Below, piece by piece: positions 10,801-18,825 of a stretch of DNA of 64,000 nt. Position 1 is the stretch's first letter; every line of letters begins with the position of its first letter. The notes under the pieces were generated by a model. The model was not told where the DNA came from. It searched no databases and saw only the letters and a list, made by a program, of their open reading frames with translations. Source of the stretch: Candidatus Kuenenia stuttgartensis. GTDB taxonomy: Bacteria > Planctomycetota > UBA11346. A program made the translations under genes and the position numbers. The DNA is taken from assembly GCA_945876185.1 (NCBI GenBank), contig CAMCMZ010000002.1, positions 24,073-88,072 on the forward strand, in the 5' to 3' direction.

Positions 10801-11282
10801 CGGTCCATGGTCTTGTAGTCGTGGTCGAAGTCGACCCAGCGACCCAGACGGGTGATGGTCTTGCGCCACTCCGACACGTAGGTCAGCACCATGGATCGGC
10901 ACTGTTCGTTGAAGCGGTCGACGCCGAGGTCGCGGATGGCGGCGGCGCCGCTGACGTTCAGCGCCTTCTGCGCCAGCGCCTCGATCGGCAGGCCGTGGCA
11001 GTCCCAGCCGAAGCGGCGTTCGACGCGGTGGCCGCGCATGGTCCAATAGCGCGGCACGATGTCCTTGATCGTGCTCTGCAGCAGGTGGCCGTAGTGCGGC
11101 GTGCCGGTGGCGAAGGGCGGGCCGTCGTAGAAGACGAATTCGGGCGCGCCTTGCGCCTGGCGCCGCCGGTTCGACTCGGGGAAGGCGTCGAGTTGCTGCC
11201 ACAGCGCAAGAATGCGGTGCTCGATCGCCGGCAGGTCGACGTTGGCGGGAACCTTGCTGAACACCGGATTTTTCGTGGTCAT
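7839..11282 (-). CDS. ileS: Isoleucine--tRNA ligase (type 2)
   Basis: DGPPFATGTPHYGH, GWDCHGLP, WTTTPWT, WNISRNRFWG, EGLDQTRGWF, KMSKS and type-2 C-terminal extension; ATG at 11282 (MTTKNPVF). Confidence 0.97.
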   Translation of the reverse strand: MTTKNPVFSKVPANVDLPAIEHRILALWQQLDAFPESNRRRQAQGAPEFVFYDGPPFATGTPHYGHLLQSTIKDIVPRYWTMRGHRVERRFGWDCHGLPIEALAQKALNVSGAAAIRDLGVDRFNEQCRSMVLTYVSEWRKTITRLGRWVDFDHDYKTMDRDFMESVWWVFKRLWDTGRIYKSHRIMPYSPKLATPLSKFEVKDDNYKVVQDPAVTVKFTMRTDGSSLEDRQGYLIRGLASGDGNLASLCASALADVSKLHPILHNQTVSVLAWTTTPWTLPENLALCVGPDIAYSIVRELKSHAVFVVATQRLAAVFGKPENYTVLGEVPGTNLIGFSYEPLFPYFSATPNAFRVVADDFVTTGDGTGIVHMAPAYGEDDLRVCRANRIILHSGQWTRDESDVWRGNEWPNNLPDPLDEECRFSEIVTADDWYRTECLNKFCKDADKAIIARLKAEGKLFHQATIDHPYPFCDRTDAPLIYRAIDAWYVKVEDLRGRLGANNDQIRWVPEAIGTNRFGNWVKNANDWNISRNRFWGSCLPVWVNVADASDTICVGSVADLLALGPVDAATGAPVTDIPDLHKHCLDRLEIRRDGTVYRRTPEVLDCWFESGAMPYASVHWMGGADGRQAPPVYPAEFIAEGLDQTRGWFYTLLVESTALFDRPAFKNVVVTGLVLAEDGQKMSKSKNNFPDPNLIMEQIGADSIRAYLINSPLVRGEPMRFSEAGLKEIVRTVVLPYWNALSFFTTYASVDGFDPRAAEWPARPLDQRHVLDRWLRQSLDALVSDVNTEMESYRLYAVVPRLVQFIDDLTNWYLRLSRRRFWKSVDRAAQADAYHTLYGVLVEFAQVLAPFMPFLTEEVWQRLVVPVDPQAAQSIHWSDFPIAKPPTQILRPGFAARTAVAFSPTLTVNMSWAQRAVALGRKLREEQKLKTRQPLAAITFVHRDAEVRAALTRLSALISEELNVKSVLTQADEAAFAQVTVKPNFATLRKRCGPKLKEIGAALAAWSHTEVTRLESGEAVACCGETLTKDDVLLQRTAKPGAAVATDGVLTAVLDTALTPELVAEGLAREFVSAIQDARKQAGLEVSDRIRLTWHSADPVLVAAIAAHRTWIADEVLAVTFDASAEPQAQTEHLNGHAVSFTVAKT

Positions 11283-11430
11283 GGCGCACCTTGGGCGGGG
11301 CGCGGACGGTAGCGGCCTGACCCGATCCGGCAACCCGCGCCGAGTCATGGGATCGCCGCGCCTCAATTCGACCGAGCGGAACGAAATCACATCGCTCCCT
11401 TGGTCTCGGCATGTCCCACTGCCCTGGACC

Positions 11431-11540
11431 CCGTCGATGTGGACATCGACGCTCCATTCGCGCTGCCATTCGAGGAGCGGCGATGTCCACATCGCCGTTG
11501 TTGTCGAATCCATCCGTCGATGTGGACATCGACGCTCCAT
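11431..11540. repeat. REP/BIME-like triplet of palindromes
   Basis: CCGTCGATGTGGACATCGACGCTCCAT at 11431-11457 and 11514-11540; inverted variant at 11474-11497. Confidence 0.85.
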
Positions 11541-11609
11541 CGGAGACTGCCCGTTGCCAGGGATGGGTCAACGCTGGTTGCGGTACTGCGTATCCTTTAG
11601 CCTGTGCCC

Positions 11610-12665
11610 ATGGTGATCCGTTCTGCCCTCATCTGTGCCGCGATCGCAACCCTGGCGGCCGGCGACGCGACGCCGGTCACCGCTCCGGCCATCCCGCCAT
11701 CGCCCTCCACCGCGCCGGGCATCCGCATCTGGCCCAAGCCGGCGTTCAGCCACTGGCCGGCAGTCGCCTTCGCGGACGAGACCCGCAACCTTGCTTTTTC
11801 GCTACCGGTGCGCCGCGCCGGGGTGACCGGCACGATCGGCTGGCAGGGTCTGGCGGCCTTGCCGTTCACCCTGCCGTCGGGTGCGGAATCGATCAGCGGA
11901 TTGCTGCCGCTGCCGCTGGTGGCGGGCCAGCCGATCCAGCCCGGCCGGTTGCTCGCTCAGGTGAAGCTGGCCGAGGCCGACACCGATCTGCCGGTGACGG
12001 TGGCCGCCGTTGGCGGTACCTGGCCGATGCGGGCCCTGCGCAACGGTTTTCCGGTCGATGGCGACGATGTCCCGGTGGTACTGGTCGACCGGCGCCTGGA
12101 TCCGACGGAAAAGCGCCGCTGGAGCCTGCTGGTGCGCGAACTGCCGCGTCCGACCGGCCCGGTGATTCTGGTCGGGGATCCGCTCGAATCCCTGGGATCC
12201 AACGCCTGGACCGGCATCGAGGCCGAACGCCGCCCCGCGCTCGACCAGCGCTATCCGCACCACGCGGTGCTGGTGGCGTTGGCGACGCTGCCGGATCCGC
12301 TGCCGCGCACGGTGATCTGGTGTCCAGGCAACCAGGCGATCATCGGTGGCGCCTGGACCGAAGAGGAAGACCGCGTGGCGAGCGCGCTGCGCAACCGCTT
12401 CACCGCCCAGGGCGCGCGGCCGCGCCTGGTGCTCGCCCTGCCACCGCAACCGGTCGAGGAACGCCTGGCCGAGCGCCAGCGCGAACGCCGCGAGATCCTG
12501 CAGCGCGCGGCCATCGCCTACGATTGGGACGTGGTCGACCTGGAGCGCGCGGCCGGCCCCGCCGCCAGCGCCAACCGGGTCGCGGAGGGTCTGTTCACCA
12601 CCTATCCGACCGGCCCGGCGCAGGAACGCATGCGGGCGGCACTCAAGGACGCGGCAAGACCCTGA
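11610..12665 (+). CDS. Secreted hypothetical protein with degenerate SGNH-like C-terminal domain
   Basis: Signal peptide; VILVGDP, PGN, WDVVDL...YPT pattern resembling SGNH blocks. Confidence 0.6.
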   Translation: MVIRSALICAAIATLAAGDATPVTAPAIPPSPSTAPGIRIWPKPAFSHWPAVAFADETRNLAFSLPVRRAGVTGTIGWQGLAALPFTLPSGAESISGLLPLPLVAGQPIQPGRLLAQVKLAEADTDLPVTVAAVGGTWPMRALRNGFPVDGDDVPVVLVDRRLDPTEKRRWSLLVRELPRPTGPVILVGDPLESLGSNAWTGIEAERRPALDQRYPHHAVLVALATLPDPLPRTVIWCPGNQAIIGGAWTEEEDRVASALRNRFTAQGARPRLVLALPPQPVEERLAERQRERREILQRAAIAYDWDVVDLERAAGPAASANRVAEGLFTTYPTGPAQERMRAALKDAARP

Positions 12666-12767
12666 GCGCGGCACCGTTGCAGACCCGCCCTGGTGACCCT
12701 CGCCCGCAACCGGAATCCCCTCCGCCCGCGCTTGCGTCACAACGTTCGTGAGCCTAGTCTGCCGCCC

Positions 12768-13100
12768 ATGCGCAACCTCCTCCTCGCCTTCGCTGTGGTT
12801 TCCCTCATCGCGTTCGCCGGCTGCCGCTCGCGCGACACCGTGAACGTCGTTCCGGATCGCCAGGGCGCCGCCCTGCAGGTCGGTCCGCCCTCGGTCGGTG
12901 GCGGAGCCTACGTCCTGGTCGCCGGTCCTGGCGAGGCCTACTACCCGCTCAAAGACGGCGAGCAGAATAAGTTGGCTGAGGTCGCCAAGAAGAACGGCAC
13001 CACCCTCGAATGGCTGATCCAGCGCAATGACCTCGGCCCCGAGCGCATCGGCAAACTCGTCGCCGGCACCAACCTGATCGTTCCCGTCCCCAAGAAGTGA
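12768..13100 (+). CDS. LysM-domain lipoprotein
   Basis: Lipobox FAGC; LysM motif LAEVAKKNGTTLEWLIQRNDL...LVAGTNLIVP. Confidence 0.85.
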   Translation: MRNLLLAFAVVSLIAFAGCRSRDTVNVVPDRQGAALQVGPPSVGGGAYVLVAGPGEAYYPLKDGEQNKLAEVAKKNGTTLEWLIQRNDLGPERIGKLVAGTNLIVPVPKK

Positions 13101-13708
13101 CTCTGGGCCGCGCCATTGCGGGCGGGCGGCTGCTGCTCGCCACCGGAAACCCGAAGAAACTCAAGGAACTGCGCGAGATCCTCGCGCAGTTTCCCATTTC
13201 GGTGGTCAGTCCGGCCGAGATCGGCTATGCGCCGGACGTGGACGAAGACGGCGACACCTTCGCCGCCAATGCGATCAAGAAGGCCGCCGCCGGGCTTGCC
13301 GCCACCGGCCTGCCGACCCTGGCGGATGATTCCGGCATCGAGGCCCGCGCCCTGGGTTGGCGGCCGGGTGTGATCAGCGCGCGCTACGCCGGCGAACCGT
13401 GCGATGACGAGGCGAACAACCGGAAGTTGGTGACTGAACTCGCGCCGCACGCCGACAAGTACGTGCAGTACCGCTGCGTCATCGCCCTCGCCCTGCCGGG
13501 CCAGCCGGCGCTGACCTGGGACGGGATTTTTGCTGGCGAGCACATCGCCACACCCCGTGGCGCCGGGGGTTTCGGCTACGATCCCTACGTGCTGGTGCCC
13601 GACCTCGGCCTGACCGTCGCCGAGATGACCGCCGAGGCCAAGCACGCGCGCAGCCATCGCGGCCAGGCGCTGCGCAAGTTCGTCGCCTGGCTTGATGGCC
13701 GGGATTGA
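13097..13708 (+). CDS. rdgB: Non-canonical purine NTP pyrophosphatase (HAM1/RdgB)
   Basis: ATGNPKKLKE, ADDSG, PGVISARYAG, GFGYDP, SHRGQAL. Confidence 0.95.
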   Translation: MTLGRAIAGGRLLLATGNPKKLKELREILAQFPISVVSPAEIGYAPDVDEDGDTFAANAIKKAAAGLAATGLPTLADDSGIEARALGWRPGVISARYAGEPCDDEANNRKLVTELAPHADKYVQYRCVIALALPGQPALTWDGIFAGEHIATPRGAGGFGYDPYVLVPDLGLTVAEMTAEAKHARSHRGQALRKFVAWLDGRD

Positions 13709-13738
13709 ACCTCCGATCGATCTCGTCCTGAAGGTACC

Positions 13739-13954
13739 ATGAAATACAAGACCACCATCTTCACCTATTCGGGTTGGTCCTCGGGGGCAACGGTGGCGAA
13801 TGGGGTTGAACAGCATCTGAACCTGATCGCTTCCCAGGGATACCGGTTAGTCTCATCGTGCCAAAACGAATTGATCTGGCCTGAAAGTTGGTTTTTTATC
13901 TGGGAATCCATCGAATCATCCGAGTCCGACCGGCAACACCTCGCAGCCCGTTGA
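13739..13954 (+). CDS. Small hypothetical protein (DUF4177-like)
   Basis: 71-aa lower-GC ORF, MKYK...LNLIASQGYRLVS pattern. Confidence 0.5.
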   Translation: MKYKTTIFTYSGWSSGATVANGVEQHLNLIASQGYRLVSSCQNELIWPESWFFIWESIESSESDRQHLAAR

Positions 13955-13979
13955 TTTAGGCGATGACGAGGGTCTGAAT

Positions 13980-15299
13980 ATGCCCCTATCGACGAGCCTC
14001 GGCCTACGCACCAGCACCCGCCTGATGCTCAGCTTCATCGCCGCGCACCTGGCGCTGAGCGCCGTGGGCGGATTGACGGCCTGGTGGCTGGTCGACCGCT
14101 CGTTACGGCACCAGGCCGAGGACAGCGCGCGCAACGTCGGCCGGGTGCTCGATGGAGGCGGATTCTCGCCTTCGCCCGAGGTGCTGGCGCGCATGCGTCG
14201 GCTGACCGGGGCGGAGTTCAATCTGCTGGACCAGCCAACCCCGGTGCGTCCGGGCACGGTCCAGGTGATCGCCGCCGGACGGGTCATCGAGATCGACTAC
14301 CGCAGCGCCTCGTATCGTGCTGCCGAACGCGCCGTGGTGCTCGGTTCACTCGCGGTGGCTGCGGCGGGGGCGCTGGTGTTCGCGCTCATCGCGGTGGTGC
14401 TGGCGCGCCGGTTTGCGCGGCCGCTCGACCGGCTGGCGTTCGCCGCACGGCAGATCGGGGCGGGCAGCCTGGACGAGCCGGTGCCGGCGGTTGGCAGCGG
14501 TGAGATCGCGGCGCTCGCGGCTGAGCTGGAGCGCATGCGCGTCCGGCTGATCGACCTCGACCGCGCCAACCGCCAGGCCGAGCGCCTGGCGACGGTCGGC
14601 ACCTTCACCGCCACCATCGCGCACGAACTCCGCAATCCGCTGTCAGCGGTGCGCCTCACCGTGCAGATGCTGGCCGAGCGCCACGGTGATGACCCCGCCC
14701 TGCGGATGATCGAGGAGGAACTCGAACGCCTGGATCTCAGCGTCGATGAACTGCTCGGATTTTCCAAAGGTATGACGATCGAGCCGGTGGCGTGCGATCT
14801 TGGCGTGGTGGCCGCCGACGTGGTGCGCCTCCTGCGCCGACAGGCCGGCCACGCTGGGGTCAAACTGACGCCGACCGGCACGGCGACGGCTGGGGCCGTT
14901 ATCGTCAGGGCCGATCCGCGCCGGCTGCGGCAGTTGCTGGTCAACCTCGTCCTCAACGCGGTGCAGGCTGTGCAGGGCGCCGGGCGCGACGACGGCGGGA
15001 TGGTCGCGATCCGCATCCAGCCCGACGGATTCGTGGTTGAGGACGACGGCCCCGGGGTCGATCCCGCCCTGGTCCCGCGCCTGTTCGACGCCTTCGCCGG
15101 CAATCGACCAGGAGGCACCGGCCTCGGCCTGCACCTCGCCCGCGCCGTGGCCGAGGCGCACGGGGCGCGGCTGACCTACGCCCCGCGCGTGGGCGGCGGC
15201 GCGGTGTTCACGCTCGCGGGACTCCACGGAGCTATGGCCACAGAAAGCACAAAGGACACAAAAGCCGAACGGTCAGGCGCACTTTCATCCATGGACTGA
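13980..15299 (+). CDS. Membrane sensor histidine kinase (HAMP, HisKA, HATPase)
   Basis: Two TM segments, HAMP, AHELRNPL H-box, NLVLNA N-box, DDGPG, GTGLGL. Confidence 0.92.
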   Translation: MPLSTSLGLRTSTRLMLSFIAAHLALSAVGGLTAWWLVDRSLRHQAEDSARNVGRVLDGGGFSPSPEVLARMRRLTGAEFNLLDQPTPVRPGTVQVIAAGRVIEIDYRSASYRAAERAVVLGSLAVAAAGALVFALIAVVLARRFARPLDRLAFAARQIGAGSLDEPVPAVGSGEIAALAAELERMRVRLIDLDRANRQAERLATVGTFTATIAHELRNPLSAVRLTVQMLAERHGDDPALRMIEEELERLDLSVDELLGFSKGMTIEPVACDLGVVAADVVRLLRRQAGHAGVKLTPTGTATAGAVIVRADPRRLRQLLVNLVLNAVQAVQGAGRDDGGMVAIRIQPDGFVVEDDGPGVDPALVPRLFDAFAGNRPGGTGLGLHLARAVAEAHGARLTYAPRVGGGAVFTLAGLHGAMATESTKDTKAERSGALSSMD

Positions 15300-15355
15300 C
15301 CATCCCCAGTTGGGGTCGCCTCTTCCCCTGTGCTCTCTGTGCTCTTTGTGGCCAT
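15234..15355. repeat. Inverted pair of ATGGCCACA-AAG-CACA repeats
   Basis: ATGGCCACAGAAAGCACAAAGGACACAAAAG at 15234-15264 and reverse copy at 15328-15355; same family at 56209-56279. Confidence 0.75.
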
Positions 15356-15379
15356 TCCTGCCTGCCGCCGACAGCCTCC

Positions 15380-16813
15380 TCAGCGCTGCGGCAGGATGCG
15401 GAAGACCTTGGTACCCCAGGGCGGCAGTTGGATGCGCAGACCCTCGCGCTGGAGCTGATCGCAACTGTGATTGACCGGGGTGCCGTTGGTCAGGTAGTCG
15501 CTGATCTGGCAGTCGCGGCCGGCGAGCGGAGCGGTGTCGAGGACGCTGTTGCACGGTTGCCACGAGGCGTTGACCGTGACCAGCAGGCTGTGGTGCGCCG
15601 GCTGCTGCCAGAGGCAGGCGATGACCCCGCCGCCATCGCGCGGAGCGAGCAGCTGCCAGGTGCCGTGCTGGCGTGCGGATTCACCCAGCAGCAGGAGCAG
15701 GTCGTGGTGCGCCTGGACGTGCGCGGGCGAGCCGGGTTCCGCTGCGCGCCGGCGGCAGGGCAGGCTGGCGTGGATGACCCGGCCGTCCTCCTGGCCGTGG
15801 TGCGACAGCAGCATGCCGGGAACCATGCCGGTGACGAACAGCGCGCCGCGATGGTGGTCGGGGTTCTGGAAGCGCGCGGCTGCCCGTTGTTCGTTGTGGT
15901 TTTCCAGGAAGCGCACGCAGCGGCGCTGATAGTCGATCGACGCGCGCAGATGGGCGCGGATCGATTCGGCGTCGCCCGACAGCAGACGGTCGTAGAGGAT
16001 CTTGTCGTAGGTGAAATCGAAGCCGGCCTGTTGCAGTTCGTATTCGCGATTCCAGTACACCTCGGCCATGAACACCGTGCCGGGATGGCGGCTGCGGACC
16101 TTGGCCAGGCAGTCGCTCCAGAAGGCGGGGGCGGTGCGGCCCCAGGTCGCCGCGAAGACGTCGGGCAGAAGCAGCATCGCAAGATCGCAGCGCAGGCCGT
16201 CGCAACGCGCCGAGACCGAGGCTGCCTCCTCGACCACCGCCGCATGCACGGCCGGATTGGCGTAGTCGAGCTGGAGCGTGTTGCGCCAGGCGGGGAAGAA
16301 CGGGTCGCGGGCGTGCGCGAGGATGCGGCCGTTGACGCGGGTCCAGGCCTCGGGCTTCGCCGCCAGCGCGGATTCGCTGCCCTGGACGAAGAAATCCGGC
16401 CGTTCGACCGCCCACGGATGATCCAGGCCGACGTGGTTGGGGATGAAGTCGAGCATCAGCGACAATCCGGCAGCACGGGCGCGATCGCGCAAGCGGGCCA
16501 GCGCAGCATCGCCGCCAAGATCCTCGCTGACCGTGTAACCGCTGACGGCCAACGGTGAACCGCAGATGTCGTCTTCGGTGAATCCAGGCAGGACACTGGA
16601 CAAGTAGGACTTCAACTGCTTGTCGGCCCGCGATACCGCCAACGACTGCGGCCCCGTCGGCCAGAGGCCGAACAGGTAAAGCCAGGTGAAACCGTTTTCG
16701 CCCAACTGATCCAGGAAATCGTCGGACAGGTCATCCAAGGTGGCTGAGCGACCCAGCTCCTGAGCACGCTCCGTGCGCCAGACGCGCGCGTTCAGCTCAT
16801 ACGCTTGGTGCAT
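15380..16813 (-). CDS. Alpha-amylase family glycoside hydrolase (GH13)
   Basis: YELNARVW, LMLDFIPNHVG, DGLRCDLAML, MAEVYW, RFLENHNE conserved regions; ATG at 16813. Confidence 0.9.
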   Translation of the reverse strand: MHQAYELNARVWRTERAQELGRSATLDDLSDDFLDQLGENGFTWLYLFGLWPTGPQSLAVSRADKQLKSYLSSVLPGFTEDDICGSPLAVSGYTVSEDLGGDAALARLRDRARAAGLSLMLDFIPNHVGLDHPWAVERPDFFVQGSESALAAKPEAWTRVNGRILAHARDPFFPAWRNTLQLDYANPAVHAAVVEEAASVSARCDGLRCDLAMLLLPDVFAATWGRTAPAFWSDCLAKVRSRHPGTVFMAEVYWNREYELQQAGFDFTYDKILYDRLLSGDAESIRAHLRASIDYQRRCVRFLENHNEQRAAARFQNPDHHRGALFVTGMVPGMLLSHHGQEDGRVIHASLPCRRRAAEPGSPAHVQAHHDLLLLLGESARQHGTWQLLAPRDGGGVIACLWQQPAHHSLLVTVNASWQPCNSVLDTAPLAGRDCQISDYLTNGTPVNHSCDQLQREGLRIQLPPWGTKVFRILPQR

Positions 16814-17234
16814 GGCGGAACCATAACCCAGGCGGGGGGGCCGTGCAAACCCCAGGTTGCAGCCAGCGAAATGCCATGAGACGCAGTGCCAAGCGGCGAT
16901 TGCACCTGCATCTGCCAGCCCCCGAGGCCGGGAGTCCTGGACCCACAGGGCACCGCAAAAATCGGTTGGCGGCGGGTGGCGGCGTGCTGCGCCCGCACTG
17001 AGCGCCGACCCCGGGCGCGCCGAGCACCAGCTCGGCCGAGCAATCCGGTACCAAGAGAAAGCGCATGGATTCAGGTGTAGCCCGGCGCCACCTGCCCTGA
17101 GGAAATCGATCCGAAGCCGAGCTGGTGCTCGGCGTTCCCAGGCCCAGGTCCACGAAACGGCAGTGAAAAGCCAGGAAACGTTCGCTGAGGGTCGTTGCCC
17201 CGTTAGCTTCACAGCATTGGGCAGCGCCCCGCGA

Positions 17235-17411
17235 GGAGCAATCCCCCGAGGCGCAGCCGAGCGGGGACGGGCTTGGTCCCGCGCAGCGGCTTCCTGCCGC
17301 GTAGCGGGAAGGTGGCGCAGCCACCGTCGCCGCAGTGCGATCCCCGCGCAGCGGGGACATGCGGAGCATGCAAGCCGCGCAGCGGCGCAGTCGGGCTGGG
17401 GCGCAAGCCCC
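17235..17411 (+). other. Cluster of GC-GNA-GC mini-hairpins
   Basis: GGC-GCA-GCC, CCGC-GCA-GCGG, CCGC-GTA-GCGG, GGTGGC-GCA-GCCACC, TCCCCGC-GCA-GCGGGGA, CATGC-GGA-GCATG, GCCGC-GCA-GCGGC, plus two GCAA-loop hairpins. Confidence 0.75.
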
Positions 17412-17462
17412 GCTAGGCATCGTGGACCGTGCACGGATCACGTGCTCAGCCATCTCCCCCAT

Positions 17463-17831
17463 TTACGCGCTCGGCTGGACCTGGGCGAGGATGACCTTCA
17501 GTTGGCCAATGAGCTGCGGCAGGTGCTGGGTGATAACCGTGTGGACGATGCCGGTGTCCACTCGTCCGTAGTCATGAACCATCCGGTGGCGCATCCCAAC
17601 GATCAGCGGCCAGGGAATGGTCGTGTGAGCGCGCTTGAGGCCATCCGAAAGCTTCCAACCCGCCTCCCCGACGATCTCGACGCAGCGCGAGACCGCGAGG
17701 AAGGTCCGGCGATCAGCGGCCATCTGGTCGACGGTCATTGCGCCGAGCAACACGATGGCTTCCTGGGCGTAGTCGATCATGTCGCGCAACCGGCCAACGT
17801 CCTCGGGTTCATGCCGCAGTTCAAGCGGCAT
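17463..17831 (-). CDS. HepT-like HEPN ribonuclease toxin (DUF86)
   Basis: EIVGEA, IPW, GMRHRMVHDY (R-x4-H-x-Y) motif. Confidence 0.92.
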   Translation of the reverse strand: MPLELRHEPEDVGRLRDMIDYAQEAIVLLGAMTVDQMAADRRTFLAVSRCVEIVGEAGWKLSDGLKRAHTTIPWPLIVGMRHRMVHDYGRVDTGIVHTVITQHLPQLIGQLKVILAQVQPSA

Positions 17832-18138
17832 ACAGAACCTCGGCCACCGACAGCACGTTGTGCTTGAAATAGGGGTTCTGGTCCCGTTCGACGGTCCGCC
17901 GGGTCAGCAGATCAACATGCCGACCCAGGATGACCTCCAACTCGTCGCCCATGCCGAAGAACTCCAAGCCCGGCGTGTAGCCATCCTCAAAGGTCACCAG
18001 CAGATCCACGTCGCTATCAGGACGCGCGGTGCCCTTGGCGCGAGAGCCAAACAACTCCAACTTGGCGACGCGATTGCGCCGGCAGAAGGCGATGAGCGCC
18101 GCTTGGTCGATGTCCAGGGCCAGGGGCATGCGCGTCAT
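17821..18138 (-). CDS. MntA-like minimal nucleotidyltransferase antitoxin
   Basis: LFGSRAKG...DSDVDLLV, LGRHVDL; overlaps HEPN gene. Start is 18138 or 18129. Confidence 0.92.
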   Translation of the reverse strand: MTRMPLALDIDQAALIAFCRRNRVAKLELFGSRAKGTARPDSDVDLLVTFEDGYTPGLEFFGMGDELEVILGRHVDLLTRRTVERDQNPYFKHNVLSVAEVLYAA

Positions 18139-18210
18139 CCTAGCCGTCTTACCAGACTGGGGAACGGGCATGGAACGCCTTACCACCCGCAAAACCCAGA
18201 ATCGCCGACC

Positions 18211-18610
18211 CGCCTGCGCCTGGGACCGCCAGGCACCAGCCTGGCCGTGGCCCCTTGGGGTGTCAACCCGGGCATGAAAGCTCGCGACCGCCAGACCCCA
18301 GCCCGGCGAGTACTACTTGGGATGTCAACCCAGACATGGAATCGTTAACCATCCAGGGAACACGATGCCTCACACCGTGGTGCTCGCCGGTCAACCGGTT
18401 TCAACCCCGGGAACGACACGCACCAATAAACCCAGGCATCAACCCCAGCCCTACGGGACGCCTCTGGGGATTGGCCATTCGTATAGGGTGGGCCGGCGAT
18501 CCAGCCAAGGCCGATCACGATTTCGCTGCAATTCCATGGTCATTCCGGCCTTGGCCGGATCGCCGCGTGGCCAACGGCCGGTTGCAAACCGGCGGTCCCA
18601 GGCGCAAGCG
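18211..18610. repeat. REP-like inverted pair (CGCYTGCGCCTGGGACCGCC + hairpin) enclosing degenerate TCAACCC palindromes
   Basis: 18211-18246 forward, 18575-18610 reverse; another copy at 61442-61476. Confidence 0.65.
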
Positions 18611-18825
18611 TTTTCGTTGATTTTTGTAGTATGGCGACGCAAATGGCCAATCCCCAGGGTCTGCGTCGCGGGGCGGCGCCGGCGTGCTGCGCCCGCACTT
18701 TACCCATGCAGACGAGACATTCGCGCCCCCAGGAGGCCGACTTTTGCGGCGCTCCGCCTGGACCCGCAGCTGGCGGCTTGCCCCGGCAACCCGCGCCTGC
18801 AAAAGGCCGTCTCCTGGGGAAGCGG

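Noticed and set aside
11085..11130. Mupirocin hyper-resistant IleRS signature
   Set aside because: Motif is canonical HYGH rather than the altered GxHH form.
11283..11540. T-box riboswitch or N-terminal extension of ileS (ORF track starts at 11540)
   Set aside because: No T-box consensus seen. The extension is translated REP repeats (MERRCPHRR twice), and IleRS homology starts at 11282.
11431..11540. Mini CRISPR array
   Set aside because: Only two direct repeats, with an inverted copy between them; no cas genes.
17180..17420. Integron attC site
   Set aside because: Only degenerate GTTRRRY-like boxes with no convincing paired R'/R'' arms; no integrase or cassette array.
16814..17434. Long N-terminal extension of the GH13 ORF and overlapping ORFs
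   Set aside because: Low-complexity Arg/Ala/Pro translation of GC-rich non-coding DNA; GH13 homology begins at 16813.
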